From Candidatus Sumerlaeaceae bacterium (lineage in GTDB: Bacteria > Sumerlaeota > Sumerlaeia > Sumerlaeales > Sumerlaeaceae): a stretch of 43,569 bases of DNA. Shown piece by piece: positions 1 to 9,265 of the stretch; within the stretch, counting starts at the first letter, position 1, and every line of letters starts with the position of its first letter. Position numbers and translations under genes: made by a program. The notes beneath the pieces were generated by a model. It saw nothing but the letters and a program-made list of their open reading frames with translations. It did no database searches and had not been told where the DNA came from. Location of the stretch: NCBI GenBank assembly GCA_026419455.1, contig JANZZJ010000255.1, positions 1 through 43,569 of the forward strand, written 5' to 3'.

Positions 1-762
1 GAGGTAGTCATTCCCGAGCTTTTGCTGAATAGCTCTCTTTACATCGTCCACTTTTTCGGGATCACTAACAACAAGGTGGAGACCATCCACTTCGTCTTCC
101 ACCACCATAAAAAGGGCTCGCGCAGTATCGAGGTCTGTGTAAGCTATCATTTCGTCAGCTTCTGGAAATCCCGATTCGAAGAATCCAACAACCAGAGCAT
201 TGCGCGCGAGTGCGGCCCCACCGGTAGGCGTCTTGACGAAAAGTGGAGAAAAGACTGTCACACGTGAACCGAGCGGAAGATAAAGCTTTTGTCCGAGTTT
301 TTTGCCTAAGACAATCTCGCCATGGTCGGGGTACGCCTTGCCGTGGACCTTGTCCATGAGCTTCGTAATGCGTCGCTCTCGCTCGAGATCTACCCCCTGA
401 ACGAACACTGCCGACTGACGTGGCTCCTCTCCCTCTGCGGGGATGAATTGCAGGAGTGCCTGGCGCATAATGACAGGGCCCACTGCCTTGACTCCCGGGA
501 CCTTTTCAAGCTCCGGCACCATAGCCGCAGGTTTTATTGGTGGGGAGTTAGTTGTGGCTCGGACGATCTCGATGTGGGCGTAAGCACTTATGATTTTGTC
601 GACGAGGTTCTTGTCGAACCCCTCCATGACGGCAATGACCACGATCAGGGCAAAAACGCCGACGGCAACCCCTGCGATGGAGATCAACGTAATGGCGGAA
701 ACTAGCGCCTTGTGTTGGCCGCTAAAAAGATAACGTCTAGCAATAAACGGTTCGAATTGCAA
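1..762 (-). CDS. LolC/LolE-type lipoprotein-release ABC permease (FtsX family). Only the N-terminal 254 codons are present; the 3' end runs off the window.
   Basis: This minus-strand frame is open to the window edge, so it is absent from the ORF track. My translation from TTG 762 reads LQFEPFIARRYLFSGQHKALVSAITLISIAGVAVGVFALIVVIAVMEGFDKNLVDKII ... PEKVDDVKRAIQQKLGNDYL. That gives the conserved FEPFIARRYL N-terminus, TM1 and then a periplasmic domain, as in LolC/LolE. The frame is consistent to position 1. Confidence 0.75.
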   Translation of the reverse strand, partial: MQFEPFIARRYLFSGQHKALVSAITLISIAGVAVGVFALIVVIAVMEGFDKNLVDKIISAYAHIEIVRATTNSPPIKPAAMVPELEKVPGVKAVGPVIMRQALLQFIPAEGEEPRQSAVFVQGVDLERERRITKLMDKVHGKAYPDHGEIVLGKKLGQKLYLPLGSRVTVFSPLFVKTPTGGAALARNALVVGFFESGFPEADEMIAYTDLDTARALFMVVEDEVDGLHLVVSDPEKVDDVKRAIQQKLGNDYL

Positions 763-945
763 AATTGTCTCTCAACTCCCGCGAGAAGTTGACCACAACT
801 CATTCATCTTTCATCTGTGGTAGGAAAAACCGTGCCAGGCAACGGGTCAAGCAGCGAAAATGCCTTTAGAACACCACTGCAATAATATGTTAACTCGAAG
901 TGTTGAACTGACGCTGAACGATCCTCAGCACCCGGTTGCAGCAGT

Positions 946-983
946 GCGCCCGGTTTCAGCAGGGGCCGCTAAAAACCGGGCGC
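946..983 (-). terminator. Perfect 11-bp inverted repeat (GCGCCCGGTTT / AAACCGGGCGC, 16-nt loop) about 40 nt downstream of the hppA stop. It may be a terminator or an RNA stem; there is no clear U-tract.
   Basis: Read directly: gcgcccggttt at 946-956 pairs with aaaccgggcgc at 973-983. It lies in the hppA-lolC intergenic region. Confidence 0.35.
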
Positions 984-1019
984 TATGGTTTACGAAGCTC
1001 TTTTCATTTTTACGATTGG

Positions 1020-3206
1020 TCAGCGGATGAAGAGAGGTGCAAGTACCAACGTCACCGTGCTAAGCAGCTTGATCAACACGTGGAGCGAAGGCCCCGCGGT
1101 GTCCTTGAATGGATCGCCAACGGTGTCGCCTACCACAGCTGCCTTGTGGGCATCGCTGCCCTTCCCTCCATAGGCGCCGGTCTCGATGTATTTTTTCGCA
1201 TTATCCCAGGCGCCGCCGCCGTTGTTCATGAAAAGCGCCATAAGGATGCCGGCGATCGTTCCCACCATGAGAAGCGCTGCGACAGACTGCGGAGCCACAC
1301 CCTCTTTCGTGAAGAACTTGAGGCCGAAACCCAAAGCCGCCGGAACAATTACGGGGAGAATGCCGGGGAAGACCATTTGTCGCAGCGCGGCTTTCGTCAC
1401 GATGTCAACGCAAGTAGCATACTCTGGTTTATCCGTCCCCTGCATGATCCCGGGTTTCTCGCGGAACTGACGGCGCACTTCAACGATCACGGATTGTGCA
1501 GCCCGTCCGACTGCCCGGATACATAGGGCGGAGAAAAGGAAAACCAGCATAGCACCGATCATACCACCGACAAAGACCGGGACGTGGCCGAGGTCCACAG
1601 TCTGCATCAATGCCCGGCCCGCGTGCTTGAGGTACTCGTTCACTTCGTCAATGTAGGCTTGGAAGAGCAGGAACGCCGCCAAAGCTGCTGAACCGACAGC
1701 ATAGCCCTTTGTCAGCGCTTTGGTTGTATTCCCCACGGCGTCCAAGCGGTCCGTCTTTTCCCGAATGCTCTCGGGTTGTTTGCTCATCTCAACAATGCCG
1801 CCCGCGTTGTCCGTAATCGGGCCGAACGTATCCATTGCTAAGATGTAGCCGGCCGTGGAAAGCATTCCCATGGTTGCGATAGCGGTGCCGTAAAGACCTG
1901 CCGCTGTCGGCGAGATCCCGGCCTTTTCGAGTCCGCCCCAGCCGCCAAGCACGGACAGCATTCCAAGCTGGCCAAACTTATAGGTCAGCATGAGCGCGGC
2001 TGAAATAACGAGAACAGGAATGGCGGTGCACTCCATTCCGACCGAGAGACCGCTGATAATGGTGGTGGCTGGACCTGTCTGGCATGAATCTGCGATCCAC
2101 CGAACAGGCCGATAGCGGTACTCCGTGTAGTACTGGGTAATCCAAACGAACGCATACGAACAAAGGATGCCAATCAACCCAGCGAGGAAGAAATAAATCT
2201 CTCCCTTCAACAGCAGCTGCACTGCGATGAAAAATCCGATAATGGCGAGGATCGTTGTCACCAGATAGCCACGATTGAGAGCTGCCATAGGATCTTCCCA
2301 GCCCGACTCCTCGCTGCCTTTCACTCGTACGGAGTAGACCCCGAGGATGGATGCGATTAAACCGAGAGCACGGGCAAACAGGGGAAAGATGATGGCTCCA
2401 AGGCCAAACACCGGCCCGTTTTCGCCGGTGATCTTGTAAAGGGCAATTCCGAGAATCATTGCTCCGATATTCTCGGCTGCCGTGGACTCAAAGAGGTCGG
2501 CACCACGACCTGCGCAGTCGCCCACGTTGTCACCTACGAGGTCAGCAACTACCGCTGGGTTGCGGGGATCGTCTTCCGGAATTCCAGCTTCAACTTTTCC
2601 CACCAGGTCCGCCCCGACATCAGCGGCCTTGGTATAAATTCCGCCACCGACTTGGGCAAAAAGGGCTACGAAAGATGCTCCAAAGCCGTAACCTACGATC
2701 TGCAACGGCACGATGTCGGGATGCTTCAATCCATCAAATACCCAGAATAGAATGCCAACGCCCAAAAGCGACATGGCCACAACCATAATTCCAGAGACTG
2801 CACCGCCGCGAAGGGCGATACGCAGTGCCGTATCAAGGCTTTTCGTGGCAGCAGAAGCTGTCCGGATATTTGACCGGATTGAAATGTACATGCCGATAAA
2901 GCCCGCAAATCCTGAACAAAAGGCTCCAAAAAGGAAAGAAACCAACGTGCGGATGGCGAGCTGAGCGCCCTTTTCCTGGTAATAGAAAATCGCCAAGAGA
3001 ATGGCGAGAACTATAGAAAGGGCAAAGATGGTTTTATATTGGCGCTTCAGGAAGGCTTCGGCACCTTCCTTGATAGCGTCTGAAATGACGCGCATGCCAG
3101 GCGTCCCTGTATCGTGGGCGAGAACCCACTTTGCCAACAAGAACGAGACAACAAGACCGGCCATTGAAATGGCCATGACGACGTAGAAGAGAGCTTGTGG
3201 AGTCAT
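1020..3206 (-). CDS. hppA: Membrane-bound proton/sodium-translocating pyrophosphatase (H+-PPase)
   Basis: The 728-aa ORF is highly hydrophobic. Diagnostic motifs are visible: GGIYTKAADVGADLVGKVE, DNVGDCAGRGADLFES and GDTVGDPFKDTAGPSL. There is a purine-rich SD (aaaggaag) just upstream of ATG 3206. Confidence 0.95.
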   Translation of the reverse strand: MTPQALFYVVMAISMAGLVVSFLLAKWVLAHDTGTPGMRVISDAIKEGAEAFLKRQYKTIFALSIVLAILLAIFYYQEKGAQLAIRTLVSFLFGAFCSGFAGFIGMYISIRSNIRTASAATKSLDTALRIALRGGAVSGIMVVAMSLLGVGILFWVFDGLKHPDIVPLQIVGYGFGASFVALFAQVGGGIYTKAADVGADLVGKVEAGIPEDDPRNPAVVADLVGDNVGDCAGRGADLFESTAAENIGAMILGIALYKITGENGPVFGLGAIIFPLFARALGLIASILGVYSVRVKGSEESGWEDPMAALNRGYLVTTILAIIGFFIAVQLLLKGEIYFFLAGLIGILCSYAFVWITQYYTEYRYRPVRWIADSCQTGPATTIISGLSVGMECTAIPVLVISAALMLTYKFGQLGMLSVLGGWGGLEKAGISPTAAGLYGTAIATMGMLSTAGYILAMDTFGPITDNAGGIVEMSKQPESIREKTDRLDAVGNTTKALTKGYAVGSAALAAFLLFQAYIDEVNEYLKHAGRALMQTVDLGHVPVFVGGMIGAMLVFLFSALCIRAVGRAAQSVIVEVRRQFREKPGIMQGTDKPEYATCVDIVTKAALRQMVFPGILPVIVPAALGFGLKFFTKEGVAPQSVAALLMVGTIAGILMALFMNNGGGAWDNAKKYIETGAYGGKGSDAHKAAVVGDTVGDPFKDTAGPSLHVLIKLLSTVTLVLAPLFIR

Positions 3207-3420
3207 AGCTTCCTTTCTTTCCCAGTAGAATGTGGGCTTCTCTTGCCCAAAAGCGCGCCCCCTGGCTTACGCGCTTGTAAAAAAACTACCACCAACGTTC
3301 CCGCGCCTCAGCCGACAGACACGCTACACGAACAGCGAAAACCAAAATCGCGTTGCTCTATTCACGCAACATGCGTGAAAGTATGATGGTAAAACAGCTA
3401 AGGATAAAGGTATATCTTCT

Positions 3421-4770
3421 TTACTCGCCACGCATCATAAGTTCAGCCATTTGCTTCTGATAGCGCTCAACGAAGTGCGTAAATTCTTTCTTCGGGGGAA
3501 TGCTTTGCTCAATTTCAATGAGCTTGGCTGCGAACTCGGCGACCCCATTTTTCTTCCCAATGGTGAACATCGCGTGGCCTAGCTGGCGCCCCTCATAGCC
3601 GCCAGTAAGGTACAACACTCCATCCACTTTGTGGGCATTGTCTAAGTAGTACTCCTTGCGCTGACCGATGGTAAATTCGCCGCATACTACGACGTCGGGG
3701 CGAGCTGAAGGATCCAGACTCGCGACTAACGTCGGCGCATCTTCACGAGTGTAGTAGGCCAGAAGAATGACGAGGTCGGACTTTTTCCGTAACTCTGGGA
3801 TTAGCTTGTCCAGTATGGGCTTGGGCTGTGCCAGTGTGAACTCCTTAGGAACTCCTCCGGTGCGAGATGTTGATTCGTCGTCTCTTGAGAGACGTGTCAC
3901 TCCCACAAGAGCCACCTTAAGCTTCGAGCCGTCAAGGAGTTTCACCTGCACAGTGCGATGGGCGGGGAACAAAGCCTTGCCTTTCGAATCCATAATGTTT
4001 GCCGAGACGAATGGGACAGAAAAGGATGTCTCCAAATCTCTGAAAAAGCTGAGCCCTGCTGTGAGATCCGTGGACCCCACATTGACTGCGTGAACACCCA
4101 TGGCCGTAATCGCTTCCAGAGCTATCGCCGCCCCCTTAAGACTGCGCGCGTTGGGCGGAAGCCTCGTATAACCACCTGCATCGACGTAGATACAGGGTTG
4201 TTTTGTCGCTCCAACCTCTTCGATTACACGGGCTTCACGATCGAAACCTCCAAGGGGATGAGCCGGACAGCTGCAAGTTTCGACGGTGGAGCGCCGGTTG
4301 CTACTGTGAAGGAGAGATATGACACGCTCCAAAGACTTCGGTGCACTAGTGGGAGTCACAAACTCCCGCAGAGCTTCAGCGCTCATTGGGGGTGGAGCCG
4401 CCCGTTTATGAAGCTCCCGAATCTGTTGAGACGGCGCTAAAGGTGCCGTCGTCATTACGCGCCGCGAGAGCGGCATCGTCGTGAGCGGAATGCGCCTTGG
4501 CCCCGTCGTGAAATCTGTTCGACGATACTGCGCCATCGGCTCAGTTGTCCTTTGACTCCGGGCCGTTATAGCTGCTGAGGTTAATAAGGCGCGACGATAC
4601 TCGAGTGCCGTCGTGGACATATCTATTGGGACCTTTACGAGGCCGGGCGGCAAAGGCCGTTTGGTAACCGGGGTGGAAGCAGATTCTTGCGCCGACACCG
4701 AGGCAGTGACTAGATTAACAATTAGACCGAGAGACACACAAAGTGCGGCTCTACTACTTACCTTGCCCAT
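3421..4770 (-). CDS. Secreted protein with a degenerate 5'-nucleotidase/metallophosphoesterase-like domain; function unknown
   Basis: The signal peptide is MGKVSSRAALCVSLGLIVNLVTASVSAQ, followed by about 150 aa of low-complexity P/T/R-rich sequence. The segment ETCSCPAHPLGG...IYVDAGGYTRLP...AMGVHAVNVGSTDLTAG then lines up by eye with UshA-type motifs I-III (HTND.HG / GGD / GNHEFD), but the metal ligands are replaced. Confidence 0.45.
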   Translation of the reverse strand: MGKVSSRAALCVSLGLIVNLVTASVSAQESASTPVTKRPLPPGLVKVPIDMSTTALEYRRALLTSAAITARSQRTTEPMAQYRRTDFTTGPRRIPLTTMPLSRRVMTTAPLAPSQQIRELHKRAAPPPMSAEALREFVTPTSAPKSLERVISLLHSSNRRSTVETCSCPAHPLGGFDREARVIEEVGATKQPCIYVDAGGYTRLPPNARSLKGAAIALEAITAMGVHAVNVGSTDLTAGLSFFRDLETSFSVPFVSANIMDSKGKALFPAHRTVQVKLLDGSKLKVALVGVTRLSRDDESTSRTGGVPKEFTLAQPKPILDKLIPELRKKSDLVILLAYYTREDAPTLVASLDPSARPDVVVCGEFTIGQRKEYYLDNAHKVDGVLYLTGGYEGRQLGHAMFTIGKKNGVAEFAAKLIEIEQSIPPKKEFTHFVERYQKQMAELMMRGE

Positions 4771-4817
4771 ACAGCAACAATCCTCCTTAAGTAGAAATGA
4801 AAATTCTTTTAACGGGT

Positions 4818-6383
4818 CTATTGCCTGCTGCTCAAATCATCGAGCCACTTTTGGACTTCTTTTGCGCGTGGTCCTCCCATTTCAATGTAACGGGAGTAGT
4901 ACTGCAACGCCTTCTGAGGGTCATCTAGGTGTTCCTCGTAAAGAATTCCCAGATTTAAAGCAGCTTTATCATATCTGGGGTTAATTTGTAAGACCTTTTT
5001 GAACTCTTCTGCCGCTTTGGCGTACGCTCCGCTTTCCATGTAGACCACCCCCAGGTTGTTCCTTACGGTTGCGTTATTCGGATCGGCTCCTAAGGCTTGT
5101 CGGTAGGCCTTGATAGCAGCGTCGTATCGCTTGAGTTCGCGGTAGGTGTTTCCCATGCGGAAGAGGACTTTCGGATCGTTTGGATCCATTGCCAGCGCTC
5201 GGCGGAATTGCTCCTCTGCGACATCCACTTCACCGGCCCGAGCTAAGCACTCGGCAAGGAGAGCGCGTGTTTCCGCATCGTCGGGATTCTTTTCCAGAGC
5301 CAACTGATATTCATCTGCAGCTTCGATCCATCGCTGGGCTTTGCGGTAGTTATCTCCCTTCTCGCGGTGGAAAGCAAAAGTCCCCAAAAGTATTTTCCCG
5401 GGGTTGCCGAAACGTTTAGGTTGCTGTTGGGTGGCGTCTGTCTCCTCACTGAACGCCGCTTGGTTAATTGCCTTCACATCAGATGCGGCAGGAGCCGAAG
5501 CCACGCTTTCGGTCTTTGCGCGTTTAGGCTGGCCATCGGACCGCGTGGATCGTGTTCGCGACTGCTCGATAGAATTTTTAGTTGCGGGCGCCGTGGTTTC
5601 CTTTTTTCCGCGCCATAAACTAAACACCGGTAGCCTTGTGCCAGGAAGTTTCGAAGGTTCATCAGAACGTGTTGCGGCGTATCCGCGTCGTTTAGCAATG
5701 TCCGTCCCCGCTGTGACAATCTCGCGGGCTGGAACCTCGTTTACGATTTCGACCGGTTGCGACGGGATGACCGCATCGCGCACACTTCCAGTGGGAGCAG
5801 TGGGAGAAGAAGCAGGGATAGTAGGCTTTGCGCCGCCAAGAAGCTTCGGGGGCTTTGGAAGCAGGGCGCCTACGGCAAGAATGGTAGGCTTGGCTTCTTG
5901 CTGCGGTGACTCGTCAGGTTGCCTAAGCGATTCTAATGTTTCTTGTTCGTTAACGGTGGAATCGAAATTGATACGTTCTTGCCTTCGAGCGGTTTTAGTA
6001 TCGCCGATTTCACGCAAGGCTTGTTTTGCGAGCTCATATTCGGGATTTAACTCGAGGGCTTTTTCGAGTGCCACCACTGCTTCAGCTCTTCGGCCCGTTT
6101 TTCTATACGCTTGGGATAAGTTGTAATAAGCTGCGGGAGAGGGAGCAATCTCAACGGAGCGCTCCAGGGCTTGCAACGCTTCTCCAATGCGGCCGCTGCG
6201 CAGGGCTTCCTGACCTTCTGCGAGAAGAGCTAAAGCTTCGCGCCGTCCCTCCACTGGCCGAGACGAGCTGAGGATTGGCGGTAAAAGACATAAAAACACC
6301 AAAGTGATCCCTACGGCGTGGGCAGCTACCTGCAAGCAGCTCTTTCGGTACGCTCTGCCAACGACAAACGATACGACACTCAT
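4818..6383 (-). CDS. Membrane-anchored TPR-repeat protein
   Basis: There is an N-terminal hydrophobic span (AAHAVGITLVFLCLLPPILSS). TPR units sit at both ends, for example AYYNLSQAYRKTGRRAEAVVALEKALELNPEY and LFRMGNTYRELKRYDAAIKAYRQALGADPNNATVRNNLGVVYMESGAYAKAAEEFKKVLQINP. A roughly 250-aa low-complexity linker separates them. Confidence 0.8.
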   Translation of the reverse strand: MSVVSFVVGRAYRKSCLQVAAHAVGITLVFLCLLPPILSSSRPVEGRREALALLAEGQEALRSGRIGEALQALERSVEIAPSPAAYYNLSQAYRKTGRRAEAVVALEKALELNPEYELAKQALREIGDTKTARRQERINFDSTVNEQETLESLRQPDESPQQEAKPTILAVGALLPKPPKLLGGAKPTIPASSPTAPTGSVRDAVIPSQPVEIVNEVPAREIVTAGTDIAKRRGYAATRSDEPSKLPGTRLPVFSLWRGKKETTAPATKNSIEQSRTRSTRSDGQPKRAKTESVASAPAASDVKAINQAAFSEETDATQQQPKRFGNPGKILLGTFAFHREKGDNYRKAQRWIEAADEYQLALEKNPDDAETRALLAECLARAGEVDVAEEQFRRALAMDPNDPKVLFRMGNTYRELKRYDAAIKAYRQALGADPNNATVRNNLGVVYMESGAYAKAAEEFKKVLQINPRYDKAALNLGILYEEHLDDPQKALQYYSRYIEMGGPRAKEVQKWLDDLSSRQ

Positions 6384-6441
6384 TTCCTAGCACTCACTTT
6401 CTTCGCATCACTCAAGCCTACGCGATCCACATCGCTATTTA

Positions 6442-7128
6442 CTAGTGCGAGTAGTTCTCATCAGCAAACACTAGTTTGCCATTCGCAAAGCTAAAAACCA
6501 TCTCCTTGTTTGGGTGCCATGGAGAATTGTAAAACCACGTTTCCCGACGAATGTTTGGGGCTACGGTACTGCTCAAAACCTCACGCGGCAATCCATAAGT
6601 AAGCACCGTGCGTTCCTGATCGGTGAGCGGCCCTTCATATACCATCACTCCGTCCACAAACTGAAAGAGATGATTTAATCGGTGATAAACCCACTCCACC
6701 ACAGAGTCGCCCCGCGTGCTGCGATACGGGCCGCGCAAATAGTCTGGCTGTCCCCAACTCCGAAGGATGGCTTTTTGGTCTTCTGTGAGGACGTTTTCAG
6801 GTTGGCGCTTCAAGCGACCGCCCCGCTGGATATGTTCTACGCCCTGAGTGTTTGCGAAATAGGGATACTTGCGAAAATGCAGGAGAGTGGCACGATTATT
6901 GAGGGGGTACCGCTTGATGAGAATTGGTTTGCCGTCATCAGTAAAATCGGTCTTGGGACGTGGGGGGCAGATCTGATTAGGTTGGTATGACGAGGAACGC
7001 TCCCCACTTTTTGCCATGTTGAAAAATGGGATGGAAAAGTGTTGGGCGTGCACATTGATAGCTGCCAGCGGAGATAAAAAATAGCCGACAAGTGCGGCAC
7101 AAAAAAGTGCCCTTTGGGCATGCTTCAT
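6442..7128 (-). CDS. Secreted hypothetical protein
   Basis: I prefer the internal ATG 7128 (MKHAQRALFCAALVGYFLSPLAAINVHAQ, a signal peptide) because GAGGAG lies 6 nt upstream. The ORF-track start at 7290 adds 54 residues that do not look like a signal. I recognise no family. Confidence 0.6.
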   Translation of the reverse strand: MKHAQRALFCAALVGYFLSPLAAINVHAQHFSIPFFNMAKSGERSSSYQPNQICPPRPKTDFTDDGKPILIKRYPLNNRATLLHFRKYPYFANTQGVEHIQRGGRLKRQPENVLTEDQKAILRSWGQPDYLRGPYRSTRGDSVVEWVYHRLNHLFQFVDGVMVYEGPLTDQERTVLTYGLPREVLSSTVAPNIRRETWFYNSPWHPNKEMVFSFANGKLVFADENYSH

Positions 7129-7419
7129 AACTGGCTCCTCATGAAGGACATCATTCGCGACTAAATGTTGCTTTCCGACAAACAACTCAACACAGCCTAC
7201 GCATGCTAAGTTTTCAGTGCAAACCTTGTGCCATTGCGTTTCTGTGAAGCGTCGGCTGAGCTCAAGAATTTTTTTTTCTAACGTTCGCACGACTGTTCGT
7301 TGACGGCACTACTCAGCAGAAGAAAAGCTACGCGCTTATGTGTGCTTCTTCAGTTGACACAAAGCCAGGATCAAAGCCCAACTGCAGAGCTAGATGGGAA
7401 TAGAAAAGGTATCGATCTC

Positions 7420-7881
7420 ATGAATGCGAAATCTAAAAGAGTACTAGCGGGGTTGTGCAGTGTTGTTATTGTGGCTCTAACATTTTCGGTATTTGCTGGT
7501 AGCGAGTTACCGAAGTCGACGGATGGTGTATGTAGAGCTGCGGGCGACTCACGCTTGCCGAAAAAGAAAATTGGCCCGCCCGCTGGTGATTACTGTGTGA
7601 GCCGGGAAGCCCCCCTTCCCGTTCCGAGGAGGCGGGTCGGGCAGGGATTTAGATTATACCCAGACTACGGACCGACGTATTATTTTCCCGCGGCCTACCA
7701 TCGTTACGAGGGCGTCAATCCAAAGTATTATCCGTTCTACGTTCCTCGCTTGTGGCCTAATTACAAGAGTGAGGCCCAAAGACCACGCGGAAATTATTGT
7801 GGCATAAGTCGCAGCGGCTGGCAGTGGGACGAATACGACGACTGGGTGCGAGGCGGCCGGTACGAAGAGCGAAGCGAGTAG
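7420..7881 (+). CDS. Small secreted Tyr/Pro/Arg-rich hypothetical protein
   Basis: The internal ATG 7420 gives MNAKSKRVLAGLCSVVIVALTFSVFAGS, a signal or anchor sequence. The mature part is rich in Y/P/R (YPDYGPTYYFPAAYHRYEGVNPKYYPFYVPRLWPNY). I recognise no family. Confidence 0.5.
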   Translation: MNAKSKRVLAGLCSVVIVALTFSVFAGSELPKSTDGVCRAAGDSRLPKKKIGPPAGDYCVSREAPLPVPRRRVGQGFRLYPDYGPTYYFPAAYHRYEGVNPKYYPFYVPRLWPNYKSEAQRPRGNYCGISRSGWQWDEYDDWVRGGRYEERSE

Positions 7882-8359
7882 GTCGCACGCCCTGGGAAGC
7901 TGAAAATCCCATGCAGTGATTATAAGAAAACTTCCGCCGATCGTCGTAGTGGTGCCAATAGGTCACACAAAGTTATCGCACCGTTCCAAATGTGAACAGT
8001 CTGTACCATGAGATGGTTGGCGACAATGGTCTAGTCCAATCATTTATCCCTCAAAATTAAATAAAATGTTCGATCTCTTCACCGCTAAGTTCTGCCGTAT
8101 GAACGCGTGAGAATAGAAAGAGCCAAGAAACGACTGTCTAGACGAGGCGCGGCACGATAGTAGGAAACAACAGTGGGAAGGGTGGCATATAGTTTGCTTG
8201 AACCGCATTGTGTACGAGGGGGAAATAGTAAGAAGTGCAGATTATGCTTATAGTTAGGTTAGCAAGAGAAAAACGACGGTCGGATACGACCGTTACTCTT
8301 TCTGCGAGATTATAGAGGCAAGAGGCAGAAAGAAAAAAAGATTGAAGGAGGGTGCAGGC

Positions 8360-9232
8360 ATGACTCTTATGAAAGGTAGAAATCGAAATCTAATGGCTAC
8401 GGCAACATTGAAAAGAAAGCGCAGACATAGGGAAACCGATAAGAATAGTAAGGCTCCCAAAAAGAGGGATGAAGTGAAAGCCAAAGAGTTGCAGCCGGAG
8501 GCTACTGGGGAGCCGATCAGCGAGGAGCTTCTTGATCCTCACGACGAGGAGACACTAGATGTCCCCTATCCCAAGGACCTCGTTGAGAATATGAACGTCC
8601 TTGAGCAAGAGGGTGTGCGTCGCGGGGATCTGGACGAGATCTTGGGGCCAGAACGGTTCCTTACGCCAGAGGAAGAGCGAGAAGTCATTCGCCGCGTTCA
8701 GGAGGGCGATCGCAAGGCGTTTGAGGAGCTCGTCAACGCGTACAAGCGTAAGGCATACTATGTGGCTATCGGGTTCGTCAACAACCACGAAGACGCCCTC
8801 GACCTTTCGCAGGATGCTTTCGTAAAGGCGTTTAAGGCGATCAAGACTTTTGATCTCAATTCGCCCTTTTTTCCGTGGTTTTACAAGATCATCAAGAATC
8901 ACTGCCTGAACTACATCAAGAAAAGCGCTCGCGTCCGAAATGACTCCTTAGAGGAGTTAGAGGAAGAACAGTACATGCAGTTCCACGAGGAAAGACCTGA
9001 TCCCCGGGAACAGTTTGTTCAGTCCCAAGAACGCGAATTGTTGTGGGAGGCAATCCAACGGCTGAAACCGGATTTCAGAGAGATTATCATCATGAAACAT
9101 TTTCACAGCCTTTCTTACAAAGAGATTGCTTCTGCGCTGGACATTCCAATCGGCACGGTGATGAGCCGACTTTTCAACGCGCGGCAGGAGCTGCGGGTGA
9201 AGTACCTCGAAGTCTTAGGGGAAAAGAATTAG
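8360..9232 (+). CDS. ECF-type sigma-70 family RNA polymerase sigma factor with a roughly 100-aa charged N-terminal extension
   Basis: AAGGAGG at 8345-8351 lies 8 nt before ATG 8360. Region 2 reads EVIRRVQEGDRKAFEELVNAYKRKAYYVAIGFVNNHEDALDLSQDAFVKAFKAIKTFDLNSPFFPWFYKIIKNHCLNYIKK. Region 4 reads LKPDFREIIIMKHFHSLSYKEIASALDIPIGTVMSRLFNARQEL. Confidence 0.85.
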   Translation: MTLMKGRNRNLMATATLKRKRRHRETDKNSKAPKKRDEVKAKELQPEATGEPISEELLDPHDEETLDVPYPKDLVENMNVLEQEGVRRGDLDEILGPERFLTPEEEREVIRRVQEGDRKAFEELVNAYKRKAYYVAIGFVNNHEDALDLSQDAFVKAFKAIKTFDLNSPFFPWFYKIIKNHCLNYIKKSARVRNDSLEELEEEQYMQFHEERPDPREQFVQSQERELLWEAIQRLKPDFREIIIMKHFHSLSYKEIASALDIPIGTVMSRLFNARQELRVKYLEVLGEKN

Positions 9233-9265
9233 TTTAGCCTGTTGGCAGATTTGAGAAGTCCTCGT

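Noticed and set aside
5404-6126. Long antisense ORFs lie inside confident genes. Examples are 5404-6126(+), 936-1526(+), 15256-15807(+), 31908-32573(-), 23942-24532(-), 24644-25042(-) and 17401-17901(+).
   Set aside because: Each lies fully inside a gene with clear family motifs on the other strand. Their translations are Arg/Ser/Cys/Pro-rich and motif-free, which is typical of shadow ORFs.
8160-8230. ECF-type autoregulatory promoter candidates (GGAAAC at about 8162, TGAACC at about 8199) lie upstream of the sigma gene.
   Set aside because: Neither has a convincing CGT-type -10 element at 16-17 nt spacing. Calling a promoter by eye here would be guesswork.
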